In this document: positions 1-10,934 of the stretch, piece after piece
Layout of the letters: each line of letters begins with the position of its first letter
Numbering within the stretch: the first letter of the stretch is position 1
NCBI RefSeq assembly: GCF_018977255.1
Contig: NW_024704743.1
Coordinates: forward strand, 31,498,001-31,562,000
Direction: 5' to 3'
Source of the DNA: Callorhinchus milii
Lineage: Eukaryota
DNA: 64,000 bases
The notes under the pieces: model-generated
The model's input: only the letters and a program-made list of their open reading frames with translations
Told to the model about the DNA's origin: nothing
Databases searched by the model: none
Program-made: the position numbers and the translations under genes

Positions 1-455
1 ATAACACGCCAATGCAGTGCTGGGACATGCTGCATTGTTGGAGGTGCCGTCTTTCGGATAAGACGTTAAAACCAGGGCCCATCTGCTTATTCAAATGGAT
101 GGTAAAGATCCCATAGAACTATTTGAAAAGAGAAGGTAGTTTCCCACGGTGTCCTGGCCAACAAATCCCAAATAAAATTGGTCCCTCATTCCATAGTTGT
201 TTGTGGGACATTGCTGTGCGAACATTGACTGCCGTGTTTGCCCACATAATATTACAGTCAATTCACTTTACAGTGTATTCTGCTAAACACTTAGAGACAT
301 TGCAAAGACGTGATAAGGCTTTACATCAAATACAAGGATTATTATTATTGTAAAATACATACAGTCACACCATTCTACAGTATATCCTCTGAAGCACTTT
401 GAGATGTCTTGACGATGTGATAAGGCTCTATGAAATGCAAGGATTATTATTATAT
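1..455 (+). mobile_element. DeuSINE (SacSINE1/SINE3-like), cut by window start, with tandem second 3' tail
   Basis: Deu-domain core ggaggtgccgtctttcggata.gacgttaaa...aaagatccca; tail ending aggattattatt; the tail is repeated at ~351-455. Confidence 0.8.
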
Positions 456-1598
456 TTTAGTGCTCAGAGAACATTTGTATCTTCATTCAAGTCACATGGT
501 TTCTCACATCTTTCACACGCCCACAAGATTTAGAGAGCTCAAATATTAATCTTTTAGGCTTTACAAAATTTGGGGGAGGGAAATTCCACCAGGATCCAGA
601 TTTACTCATCTTACTCATCATTTATCATCTTTACCAATTTCTAAAGAATGTACAGCACTGAAAAGGCTAGTTGGCCCAACTAGTCTATGATGGTGTTTAT
701 TACTCAAAAGAGTCAAGGTTATTTTATTTTATGCATTCTGCCTCCATTGAATTTGATCTTAACTTTAAAGCCATTTTTTAAAAATATGTTTAAATAACTT
801 CCAGATAAATCAGCTTCAAAATTTAACATGTATTTAAGAATTTGTTAAATTCTGAATGCTCTGAAATATAATAATAATCTTTACATTGGTCGTACCACCT
901 ATCACATTGTCAAAACATCTCAAAAGCACTTCACAGGATTTACTGTAAAGTGTAGTGACTATTTTGTAGGTGAATGCGAAAGGCAATTTGTACACAGCGT
1001 TGCACTGCTCTATAATCGAGACCATTGGTGGAATTTCTACCCAATTCAATGGAGCTGTGACCTAATACTGCTTAGGAAGGTTTTGCTTCACTGTGGAGTG
1101 AAAAGTGCTTGAAGATAGCAGGTGACCTGATACGTCAGGAGCAGGGTGAAAGCAGCCACATAAAAATAAAGTCCAATATCAATGCAAGAAATCCTTTTTT
1201 TTCTGTTCTGGTTCACAGTAAAGGTTCACAACAAAGTAGCATGCTAAGCATCACATAAATAGACAACTCGAGATGAACTACAATTCCTCCCAATTCCTCC
1301 CAGTTCCTCGACGTGTCACTGGTAGTGTTCATGGTGGTGATGGGGGCGAGGGGGAAGAGAGAGGAAAGAATCGAATTGGTATTTCCTGATCCTACTCCAC
1401 AGATCCTAGCAGTAAAATGCTCATTGTGCAGACATGCACCTCAGTGCTTCTCCAATGCAGTTGTGTTGACTGGCATCTTGAACATTTGGATTGTTTCCAC
1501 TCTCATGAACTTACAATTGCATATCTAGATATTCTGTTTTTAATGCTTGAGTAGACAATCATCAATAAGGGCTATTTGCTTCCCTTTTTCTCTTTTAG

Positions 1599-1702
1599 CC
1601 GATGCGATCAACAATGCTGCTGGCTATGGTTTCAATGGGATTGATGAAAATGGCAACTTTCGCTGGGACTTGATCTCAAACTTAAACATTTGGAATATTG
1701 AG
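1599..1702 (+). CDS. MBOAT1: MBOAT1-like lysophospholipid acyltransferase, internal coding exon (first exon visible in window)
   Basis: Polypyrimidine tract plus tttag acceptor; GAG|gtgagt donor; 104 nt encoding (A)DAINNAAGYGFNGIDENGNFRWDLISNLNIWNIE, matching the MBOAT1/2 ADAxNNAAGxGF...WDLxSNL block. Confidence 0.93.
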
Positions 1703-2214
1703 GTGAGTGTTATAGTGTGCAAATGTGGTCTAAGATCCCTGCATAAACTGTACACTGTGTAAATCAGTTGCGAAAGACTGCGCCATGTTAGTTGAAACCA
1801 AACCATCTAAATGCAATCCCTAAATATTAATGTACATAGGAAAGAGCAGGGGCTGGGATTCCTTCAAACTTTACCAGTTGAGTTGATTCTTCTATTTGCT
1901 GCTGTAGTTGCACCTCTACAGTTGCAATCTGATAAACGGAGGGCTTCGTCAGACAGAGAAGGATTAAATCTTGATACATTAAAGGATTATAAAATTGCAA
2001 AATCTCCCTTTGCGTAAGTGACATTTCTCTCCAGCTTCTGTTTCCAAATATGACTATTTTGGCCTCTACTGTGAGTTACGCAAACGAAACTGAACGGTTC
2101 AGGGGAAATTTGTTTTGTAAATAATTCAGTGCGTATGGCCAATTAATTATCTTTATACTGGAGGTAAGCTTGTTGCTTGTGAAATAGTTAACTGTTGCCA
2201 CAATACTATGTAAA

Positions 2215-2612
2215 ATCTCACATCTGGGTCAGAAGGTTCGGGTTCAAGCCCCACATTGAGTCTTTGAGCTCACAATCCAAACTGACACCCCAGTGCAGTC
2301 CTGTGGGTGTGCTGCATTGTTACAGGTGCCATCTTTCAGTTGAGGGGTTGAACTAAGGCCCCATCCTCCTTTCCAGTCGCACATTAAAGATCCCGTGGTG
2401 CTACTTGAAAAGAGAAGGGAGTTTCTCCCAGTGTCAACAATCCCCCCAAATAAAATTAGTCACTCACCTAACAGCTGTTTCTCGGGCATTGGCAGCTGGT
2501 ATTCACCTCCAAATACAGCCACTACACTTTACGTTACATCCTGTGAAGCGCTTTGAGATATCGTGACCTGAAAGGCGCTATACCAAATGTAAGGATTTTT
2601 TTTCATTATTAT
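2215..2612 (+). mobile_element. DeuSINE, near full length
   Basis: tRNA-like head (gtcagaaggttcgggttcaagcccc), Deu core, L2-type tail. Confidence 0.8.
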
Positions 2613-2639
2613 GGTTACTGAATTCTGTTAGCTGAGGTA

Positions 2640-2817
2640 CGAGTGCCAGGCACACTCCATTACCTGGTCCCAGTTGCTGTTCTTCCATATGCGTGAGCCG
2701 ATGTTGGCAAGCTATTTGATTGCCTTGTTATCACAGCCGAGCTCGATCCTGTCCTCACACATGCAAATCCTCCAGCACCTTGTATCTGGATAGTGATCAG
2801 AAGCAGGATCCCTGCCT
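2640..2817 (-). mobile_element. AmnSINE2-like ancient SINE fragment
   Basis: Reverse strand reads ctgatcactatccag...tgtgaggacaggatcgagctcggctgtgat...aatagcttgcc, matching my recollection of the AmnSINE2 body; homologous to 32170-32370. Confidence 0.6.
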
Positions 2818-2930
2818 GTGTATTTAAGATTATGAAAGGAGTCGATAGGTAGATGTCGATGTGCTGTTTCCACTTCTTGGAGAGGCCAAAATGAGTAGGT
2901 ATAAATATGAGATGCCTAGTGGTAGATCTA
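2818..2930 (+). mobile_element. CR1 LINE ORF2 C-terminal fragment
   Basis: gtgtatttaagattatgaaagga...gatagg...tgtttccac is typical CR1 (KIMKG) sequence. Confidence 0.6.
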
Positions 2931-2988
2931 AATTTTTAAACAATAACAACAATAATAATATTGTTATTATTCTTATTATGTTATTAAC

Positions 2989-3222
2989 TTCTCTTTGACC
3001 GAGCCTTCAGCTCTCCTCTCGACTCTCTTCCCCCTCCTCGCTCCCTCCCTTCCCTCCCCTCACCCTGACCATTTCCCCCCTCCTCGCTCCCTCCCTTCCC
3101 TCCCCTCACCCTGACCATTCCCCCCCTGCTCGGGTCATGACCCAACTGTGCAGCGCCTTGGGACGTCCTCCTGACGTGAAAGGCGCTTTATAAATGGAAT
3201 CTTGTTGCTGTTGTTGTTGTTG
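2989..3222 (+). mobile_element. Young L2 3' end (~230 bp) with internal duplication and (TTG)n tail
   Basis: Near-identical to 12845-13078; ends in the stem-loop plus ataaatggaatcttgttgttg; sits in the (AAT)n tail of a - strand SINE. Confidence 0.85.
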
Positions 3223-3612
3223 TAATAATCCTTGCATTTGGGAGGCTTTTCACGTTGGGAAGACATCCCAAAGCGCTTCACAGGATTTACTGTAAAGTGG
3301 AGTGACTGTGTATTTGTAGGTGAATGCAGCAGTTTGCGTACCGCAATGACCCACCAACAGCCATGGTGTGAATGACCAATTTTATTCGAGCAGTTTTGGC
3401 CATGACACCAGGAGAACCTCCCTTATCTTTTTGAGTGGTGCCGTAGGATCTTTCAACGTCCACCTGGACAGGCAGACGGGATTTGGTCTAACCTCTCATA
3501 CAAAGAACAGCACCTCTGACAATGCAGCACACCCGCAGCACTGCAATGGAGTGTCAGCCTCGAATATATGGCTTCCAGGCGCTAAGTGGAATGTTACCAA
3601 CTGAGCCAGGCT
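3223..3612 (-). mobile_element. DeuSINE
   Basis: Reverse-complement tail, Deu core (cagcacctc.gacaatgcagcac) and head remnant (accaactgagcc). Confidence 0.78.
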
Positions 3613-3709
3613 GTCGCATTAATAATATCTGAAAATCCCTCTGTATACATGAGATTAGTACATTTACATGTGGTTTACACCTAGTGCAAAATAGATCCCC
3701 TTGAAGTGC

Positions 3710-4145
3710 ATAAGAACATAAGTTTGCTAGGCGAAAGAAGACTCAAGGTCCACCTAGATCACCTTCTACCATACTGGCAGTCGCTCACGGAAGTAGTGTT
3801 TCCGCAGATTTGTTTCTGAATTTACCCCCCTTCAATCGCAGGCCGTGTTATCTGGTTCTACTGTTCTGTACAAAACAGCTCATCGTGTTCTACCTTATCT
3901 ATTTCCTTCAGAATCTTATAGACCGCAATCATATCGCCACTCAACCTTCTCTTCTCCAGTGTGAACATGCCCAGTTTATCCAATCGCTTCTCCTAGTTCC
4001 AGTCTCTCCATCCCCTCAATCATTTTGGTTGCCCTCAGAAATGAGTAGTAGAAAATGAGGGACGCTTGCGCGGGATATAAACACAGGCATGGACTAATTG
4101 AAACAATTGATCTGTTTCCGTGCCGTATCACTATTACTCTATGAT
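3710..4145. mobile_element. CR1 3' fragments (- strand ~3710-4035; + strand 3' UTR ~4060-4145)
   Basis: cataagaacataag tail, ctcaaccttctctt and catggac...tgtttccgtgccgta...ctctatgatt are CR1 3' end hallmarks. Confidence 0.6.
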
Positions 4146-5208
4146 TTCTCCCACCCACCTCTCCCGACCCCCAACCCAAGGGTGCTGAGCCCAACTGTAA
4201 TGCCCCAAGCAACTGCTCCAGCTGAGATCACCTCCCAAACCTGTAACCCATATCAAATAAGGCGCAATATCATATAAAAGGATTATTATTTTTATTATAA
4301 ACTCCTGGTCTGAAGATTCAGTGCTGAGACCTTGTGCCACATAACCAACAGGACAATTGGTGGACATCTAGTGCAAAGAATTCCACCTTTGTGCAGTATT
4401 ATCTGATCTGATCTGCCTATGTGTCTGAGTGTGATTTGAATTTACATAGGTTTGTGAGATTGTATCAGCTATGTAAGTAAAAACTGGAGCAGACACGTAT
4501 TGTGCTATTTCTAGACTGATGCAAAAGTACTTTTTTTTGAATAATGCTGGAAGCTATCAAGAAAAACAACTTCCACTTCTATAGCACCTTTCACATAGGA
4601 AAACTTTTCATTGTGCTTTACAGAGACAGAATGGGAGCCCAAAGACAGCGCCAATGAAATTCAGAGATTTTGAGATGGGATTTTAAATCAGATCATTTTG
4701 AACAGAGGAGTAAAATAATAATAGCACATAGTCATTTTCGCGATGTCAGAAATGTTCTCCCACACTGTAAGGCTGTGCCAAATGTTTGCAAGTAAGAATT
4801 TTCACAGAACCTAACCTGTAGGGTTCTCTTTGTCATCTCTGTGCTCAAATGCTTTCCAAGCTTGAGAACCAATTTGCTCTTCAGCAGCACCTTGATTACT
4901 TGTAACCAGAAAGCAAGCTTCACAGTGCCTTGCCAATACACCACCCAGTACTGTTGTGTAGGTCTCCCTCTGGTGGTCTAGTGAGTAGAAACACTGCACT
5001 GTAGAAATAAGATTGCAGATTCATACCTGGCCAATGGCAGACTGGACCTTGGGGATGCCAATTTGCGCACAACATATTGTTTCTGAAATGGAGAGTGCCC
5101 TGTATCTGAAGACCTTATGGAGGGAGTTTGTTTTTTCACCCTCTTTGATACTGATAGGAAACTTTCTTTCTCCAGGTTATTGACTCTTTTCATGTTTTCC
5201 ACTCCTAG

Positions 5209-5273
5209 ACTGCAACGAGCTTTAAGATGTGTTTAGACAATTGGAACATTCAAACTTTATTTTGGCTAAAGAG
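5209..5273 (+). CDS. MBOAT1: MBOAT1-like coding exon (65 nt)
   Basis: cctag acceptor, AG|gtaagt donor; in phase with the previous exon; encodes TATSFKMCLDNWNIQTLFWLK (MBOAT NWN motif). Too short for the ORF track. Confidence 0.93.
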
Positions 5274-5448
5274 GTAAGTAAAATTTAACCTGGCCTGTAA
5301 ACCTGTTACTAATAGTTTTATTGTATATTATAACCTGAGTATTGCAAATAAGGCAGGATATGTGTCCCCATATGACTTTAGCTAACTTTGATTTAATTCC
5401 TCTGTCATGATTGTGCAACTTCCTGAATAATCCTGTGCAACTTCCTGA

Positions 5449-5806
5449 GGAACCCTGTAGCTCAGTGGTTAGAGCACTCGCCTTGCAAGCGAGAGACGTT
5501 GGTTAGATGATTCCTGGCAGGGCGAAATGTTGGGCAAGCTTTCTTACTCCACATGCCCCTGATTACCTAGCTGTAAGTAGGAACCCAGTTGATTGGTGAA
5601 TCGTTTTTCCGGGAGTAATAACTCCTTCAAAAAAATGGTCACTCAATCCACGACTGTTTGTGGGACACTGCTGTGCACAATTGGCTGCTGAGCTTCGTCC
5701 ACAAAATGTACAATCAGTTCACTTTACAGTATATTCTGTGAAGTGCTGTGAGGCGTCTCGAAGACGTGATAAGGCGCTATATCAAATGCAAGGATTATTA
5801 TTATTT
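5449..5806 (+). mobile_element. tRNA(Ala)-derived SINE, full length
   Basis: Head tgtagctcagtggttagagcactcgccttgcaagcgag (A box, TGC anticodon arm), central ttgggcaag...ttacctagc domain, shared L2-type tail. Confidence 0.85.
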
Positions 5807-6297
5807 ATTCAATTTGCTTAATTTACAAAACTTAAAACAAAGTCTTCTTGCTCAAGCACCATTGCTCGCTAATCTTGTATTTCCTGTTTAAGTGCTGTGA
5901 CATGATAACACCAGTTTATTGAGTCTAAGTTGGCATCAAAGTGTTGTAAATGGAGTTCCAGACTGTTCCCTCCCAGACCAAAAATTCCAAATCTGCGTCC
6001 AGTTTTCTGAACGTATCTGGTTCCTCTTTGAAACCCTAAATAGTTTCTTGTTGCATCACCTACTTGGTGACATGTTATACATTCCTATCCCCTTTTCTTA
6101 ACACGATACTCCTGCATCAAACAGCAAAGATATTTTTTAATAATTTGCTTTTGCAAATAAGGTGTGAAAGGGAAGTTGCATGTTACAAAACCACATCTCA
6201 AGCAGAGATTTGGACTCTGGTAGGGGTGAGGTAAAGATTATTGTGTAGGTTATTCACCTTTCCTATTTTCTGATAAGCCATATTCTGATTTTATTGT

Positions 6298-6800
6298 GTC
6301 AGACTGGCTCAGCAGGTTGTCTCTGAGTCCGAAGATTATGGGTTCAAGCTCCATGTCAGGCCTTTGAGCTCATAGTCTAGACTCAAACTCTAATTCAGCG
6401 CTGGGAGGAGCATTGCATTGTTGGAGGTGCCGTCTTTTGGATTAAACTGAGGTCTTGTCTGCCTGGTCAGATGGGTATTAAAGATCTCATGGCACTATTC
6501 AAAAAGAGAAGTGTGTTTCTGCCGATGTCCTAGCCAACCAGAGAAAATAAATTCTGGTGTTTACCAGCATTTATTTACCAGAAAATAAATTTGTTTCGCC
6601 CACAAAATATACAGTCGATTCACTTTACAGTATATTCTGTGATGGACTTTGAGACGTCTCGAAGATGTGATAAGGCACTATATCAAATACAAGGATTATT
6701 ATTATTGTAAAAACACAATCACTCCACTTTGCAGAAATCTCTGTGAAGTACTTAGTTCCTGACACATAAGGCACTATTTCAAAAGCAGGGATCATTATTT
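6298..6800 (+). mobile_element. DeuSINE with stacked SINE tails
   Basis: Head, Deu core (ttggaggtgccgtctttt) and two consecutive 3' tails. Confidence 0.75.
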
Positions 6801-7035
6801 TGTGTCAGGAGCTGATGTAGTTATTGTTGGTAGTCAGAATGGAGACCTCATTATGTAAAGGATGTCACAGCCATGGAGAGAAAAGATCACAAATGTATTG
6901 GATTTATAGTGACTGTGACATTGTGATTATATTCTCTTGAGCTGAGGTGGTTTCAGGGAGCAAGAGTGAATTATTCCAAAGAGCTCTTAAGAGTCTGTGT
7001 TCATCTTAAACTGCCCGTATTTGTGTTTTCCTCAG

Positions 7036-7168
7036 CATCTGTTACGATCGACTTTCCAACTACCGCATACCTCTGACACTGATGCTTTCAGCTGTGTGGC
7101 ACGGAGTGTACCCAGGTTATTACTTCACTTTCATCACTGCGATTCCTGTCACAATGGCAGCAAGAACG
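7036..7168 (+). CDS. MBOAT1: MBOAT1-like coding exon with catalytic His
   Basis: ctcag acceptor, ACG|gtgagt donor; 133 nt, phase-compatible; encodes ICYDRLSNYRIPLTLMLSAVWHGVYPGYYFTFITAIPVTMAART (WHG active-site His). Confidence 0.95.
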
Positions 7169-7264
7169 GTGAGTACCCTTGGCTACCTTCAGGAAGGCTG
7201 CAGGCTGGCAGCAGTACATCATCCCTCGGGATTGCAAAAAAAAACATGTGTTTGCAGATATTTT

Positions 7265-7695
7265 GAGGCACTCTCATCTCTGGGTTAGAAGGTTGTGTGT
7301 TTGAATCACTCATCTGGGCTTGAGCTCACAATGTAACCTGATGCATTAACTAAAGTGTGCTGTACAGTTGGAGGTGCTGTTCTTTTGATCAGATGTTGCA
7401 TTAAGGTCCAGTCCGCCTGTTGTGATAAGTTTAATGGTTATGGAAGATCACACGACACGACTTTGACAAAAGAACTGCCGAGGTCCCCTGGCATCCTGGC
7501 TGACGTTCATCCCTCTTCCAGATTCACTAAAAAGAAACCAGATCAATTAGTCGTTCATCTGATTACTGTTCGGGACGTTTCTTATTCAAATGAACTGCCA
7601 CGTTCTGCCTACATAAATCATACATCATAAATCGTACGTCTTGAAGTATCGCAGTGTGTGAAGTGCTTTGAAGCGTTTTGACATATTGCGCTATG
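7265..7695 (+). mobile_element. Older DeuSINE copy
   Basis: Diverged head and Deu core, with a different, older 3' region. Confidence 0.65.
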
Positions 7696-7834
7696 CTGAA
7701 CATGAGCAATATTTTGATTCAGCATTTAGCAGTAATACAACACTGTTCAGCAGGAAGAGATGCGATTCATCATTTTTATTAGACGACCGCCTGCCAGCCA
7801 CCTCCTGTGGCAACAGACCGACGCATTGAAAGTT

Positions 7835-8310
7835 GGAAATAATCCTTGTATTTGGTATAATAATAATAATAATAATAATTCTTGCATTTGATATAGCGCT
7901 TTTCATGTCTTATCAAAGTATCAAAGCACTTCACACAATAGACTGTAAAGTGAATTGACCATATATTTGTGGGCGAAACGCGGCAGCCAATTGCGCCACA
8001 TCACATCGTCGAGACGTCCCAAAGTGCTTCACAGGATTTACTGTAAAGTGGAGCGACTGTGAGTTTTGTGGGCAAACTTTCAATGTGCACAGCATTGTCC
8101 CACAAACAACCATGAAGTGAAATGAGATTGACGTCTGAGTAGAGTGTGTTTGGCAGGTAGGTCCTTTTGCAAAAAAATTTTTGCAGCGCATTTCGCCCGC
8201 AAAATACACCGTCAATTCACTTTACAGTGTATTCTGTGAAGCTCTTTGAGACGACTCAACAATATGATAAGGCGCTATATCAAATGCAAGGATTCTTTAG
8301 TTATTATTTA
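7835..8310. mobile_element. Cluster of SINE 3' tails (- strand 7835-8120, + strand 8190-8310)
   Basis: Repeated aataatccttgcatttgatatagcg / ctgtaaagtgaattgac tails in both orientations. Confidence 0.75.
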
Positions 8311-8472
8311 ATTACCTCTCCCCAACCTCATTGACTCTGTACACAAGCTTAATCAGTATAATAACTAATTGCTTTATATTCTTCAATCATTGGACCAAGG
8401 TTCTGTTTGATTTCTCTCCTCCTCTTTCTCCTACTTCTCCTCCTCCTACTCCTCCTCTGCTCCCTCTTTCAG

Positions 8473-8624
8473 GTGAGAAGAAACTTCAGACATTACTTCC
8501 TTTCTTCCAAGACAAAGAAAGTTGCTTATGACATTGCCACATGGGCCACCACCCAATTGGTCATCTCTTACACTGCAGCACCTTTCCTGCTGCTGGCTGT
8601 GGGTCCCACCATCCGATTCTACAA
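8473..8624 (+). CDS. MBOAT1: MBOAT1-like penultimate coding exon
   Basis: Long CT-rich tract plus ttcag acceptor, AA|gtaagt donor; 152 nt; encodes VRRNFRHYFLSSKTKKVAYDIATWATTQLVISYTAAPFLLLAVGPTIRFY(K). Confidence 0.94.
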
Positions 8625-8648
8625 GTAAGTGGGGAACCTGTTCTTTTA

Positions 8649-9639
8649 CAACAACAACAAAATTACATTTGTACAGCGCCTTTCACGTCGGAAGGACGTC
8701 CCAAGGCGCTGGACAGACAGTGTTTCAGGCCCGAGCTGGGGGTTGGGATCGGGGAGGGTGGAGGGCAGGGGAGAAGGAGGGCGATCGAAAACACAGTCGA
8801 AAAGGAGGGTCTTGAGATGGGTCTTGAAGGAGGCAAGGGAGGGGGTGAGGCGGAGGGACTGCGGGATGGAGTTCCAGAGGGTGGGGTCAGAGTGGCTGAA
8901 GGTGGGGCGAGTGAGGCGGGGGACATGAAAAAGGCCGGAGGGAGCGGGCAGGATGGTAGGGAGTTAGGAGGTCGCAGAGTTGGGGGGGAAGCAAAACCAT
9001 GGAGGGCTTTGAAGGTGAGCACCAGGATGTTGAACTATATCCTCTGTGTGATGGGAAGCCAGTGGAGCTGGGCAAGGGTGGGAGTGATGGAGTCACAGCG
9101 CCTCGTGTGGGAGAGGACATGAGCTGCAGAGTTCTGGATGATCTACAGCTTGTGGAGGGAAGAGTTGGGAAGGCTGGCAAGCAGGGAGTTGGTGTAGTCA
9201 AGCCTAGATGTGATAACTGTGAATAAGGGTTTTGGTGGCCTGAGGGGTGAGGCAATGGCGGAGCCGGGCGGTGTTGCGGAGGTGGGGGAAAGCAGAACAG
9301 GTCATGGCAGATATAGGATAGAAAGGATAGTTGAGGGTCAACAAGATGCCAAAGTTCTGGACTGGCTTAGTAAGGTGGAGTGTGCAACCATGGATGGTGA
9401 TCCTGTCAGCGCCTGAGGTGAGGAGGCGCTGACGGAAGTCAATCAGGAGAGCCTCGGTCTTGTTGATGTTTAACTGAAGAAAGTTAGCTCTCATCCAGGA
9501 CTTGATATCTGACAGACATTCTGTTAGCACAGCAGTGGCCCTGGAATCAAAGGTGGAGCAGAGAGGTAGAATTGGGTATCACCCGCATACATGTGGAAAT
9601 TGATCCCACGTCTGTGGATGATATCACTAAGGGGGAGCA
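8649..9639 (-). mobile_element. L2 LINE 3' ~1 kb (RT C-terminus to tail)
   Basis: Minus-strand peptides [25 protein letters not shown] and TFKALHG; (CAA)n tail; begins ~25 nt after the exon donor at 8624. Confidence 0.9.
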
Positions 9640-10560
9640 AGAAAGTTATATAGGCGTTATATATAAAATATGTTATTCACTGCTGTAATATTTGTTGGAA
9701 TTTTGTTCAAGTCCTTATTCTATTTCACTGAATTTTAAATAAATAAAATAATAATTTGGTCACTCAATCCCACGTTTGTGGGACACTGATGTGCGTAATT
9801 GGCTGACGGGTTTTGCCCACAATATATACAGTCAATTCACTTTACAGTATATTCTGTGGAGCGCTTTGAGACGTCTCGAAGACATGATAAGGACCTATAT
9901 CAAATGCAAGGATTATTCTTATTATCGGAGTTAGTTAGTTATTTTAATCCTGGTAAATTAAAATACGTTAGCAGATTATTTCTCCCTTCCCTCCACTTCC
10001 CCTCAAAAAAGGAAAGATTTCTACACTTTTACCGTGAAAGTTACAAAGTGGATTATGTTTGACTCTGGTGTAAACAAGCTCTATCATTCCAGGCCGCTAG
10101 TAGGGAAAATAGGATTTTGGTTTTAAAGGAAATTAATTTTCAATGTGCTTTATTTTTGACCTTAGTTGTGGAACTGAGGTATGGAGGAGGTGCCTTGTTC
10201 TAAATTCCTTTCTTCTTAATTGGATTTAAAATCCAGTGGACGGTCTAAAATCACTTTCTATTTATAACCCAAAGACAACGCTACAAATTGGCTGCCTGTC
10301 ACATTTTCAGGCTTTGTGAATTCTGCTCTTTGAAAAGAGAGCTGATCCCAAACTGAGTGAAGCATGCTCCCTGATGAGCAATATCTAACCCTTTCAGAGT
10401 CGCTCAGTGTATTTGACATCGGACAGTTTGCAGACCTCACCCTTTGAGAACTGTACTGCAACAACAGTAACTTAACAGCAATTATATTGAGTCCATTGTG
10501 TGGAGTAACATCTTGAATCGCTTTATAGAGGTGGGGCTGACTGTAGGCAAGGTTGAGACC

Positions 10561-10700
10561 ATTTTTTTTGTTCAGCTCACCGTCTTGACACGGATTGAAG
10601 CCCATCACCATGCTTAAGAATATCCAGTCAAAGCTCCACTTGGGTATCCCACCTACACATGGAAATTTCCACGTCCAGAATGGAATGCACACTCTGTGCA
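10561..10700 (-). repeat. Unclassified interspersed repeat family X, 3' fragment
   Basis: Shares cccatcaccatgcttaagaatatcca...cccacctacacatggaaat...gaatggaatgc with 19703 and 60732. Confidence 0.7.
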
Positions 10701-10777
10701 ATGTTGTGGGTGATGCCGGCTGAATACAATTTATTATTTTTTTGTAATAATTATACATTTTTTGTTTTGTTTTTAAG

Positions 10778-10934
10778 ATCGATGTACTTTTACGGTCACA
10801 TCGTGTGTCTTCTTGTGCTGCTGGTTCTGCCAACCAAGCTGAGATACCACTTTGATCAAAAAACAGAAAGGCAACCAGACATCAAACCTGCCAATGAGAC
10901 CCTCGATCCTCAGCTGGATGAGAAGATAAAGTAA
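10778..10934 (+). CDS. MBOAT1: MBOAT1-like terminal coding exon
   Basis: T-rich tract plus aag acceptor; completes the split K codon; encodes SMYFYGHIVCLLVLLVLPTK...LDEKIK then TAA at 10932-10934. SMYFY, YFLSS, NIWxIE and TATSFK favour MBOAT1 over MBOAT2. Confidence 0.9.

Noticed and set aside
1277..1310. actacaattcc ZNF143-like start within a triple caattcctcc repeat
   Set aside because: The match breaks after the first half and is explained by a short tandem duplication in an intron.
8541..9122. 193-aa Gly/Glu-rich ORF and similar ORFs at 13058, 21585, 29276 and 62743
   Set aside because: These are antisense readings of C-rich L2 3' regions.
10258..10833. 191-aa - strand ORF (and the 209-aa ORF at 59932-60561)
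   Set aside because: No recognisable domain; they cross repeat fragments or the antisense of an MBOAT1 exon, consistent with chance open frames.
1599..10934. Assignment as MBOAT2
   Set aside because: Diagnostic residues (GNFxWD, NIWxIE, TATSFK, YFLSS, SMYFY, short C-tail) fit MBOAT1 better by recall; phylogeny or synteny would be decisive.
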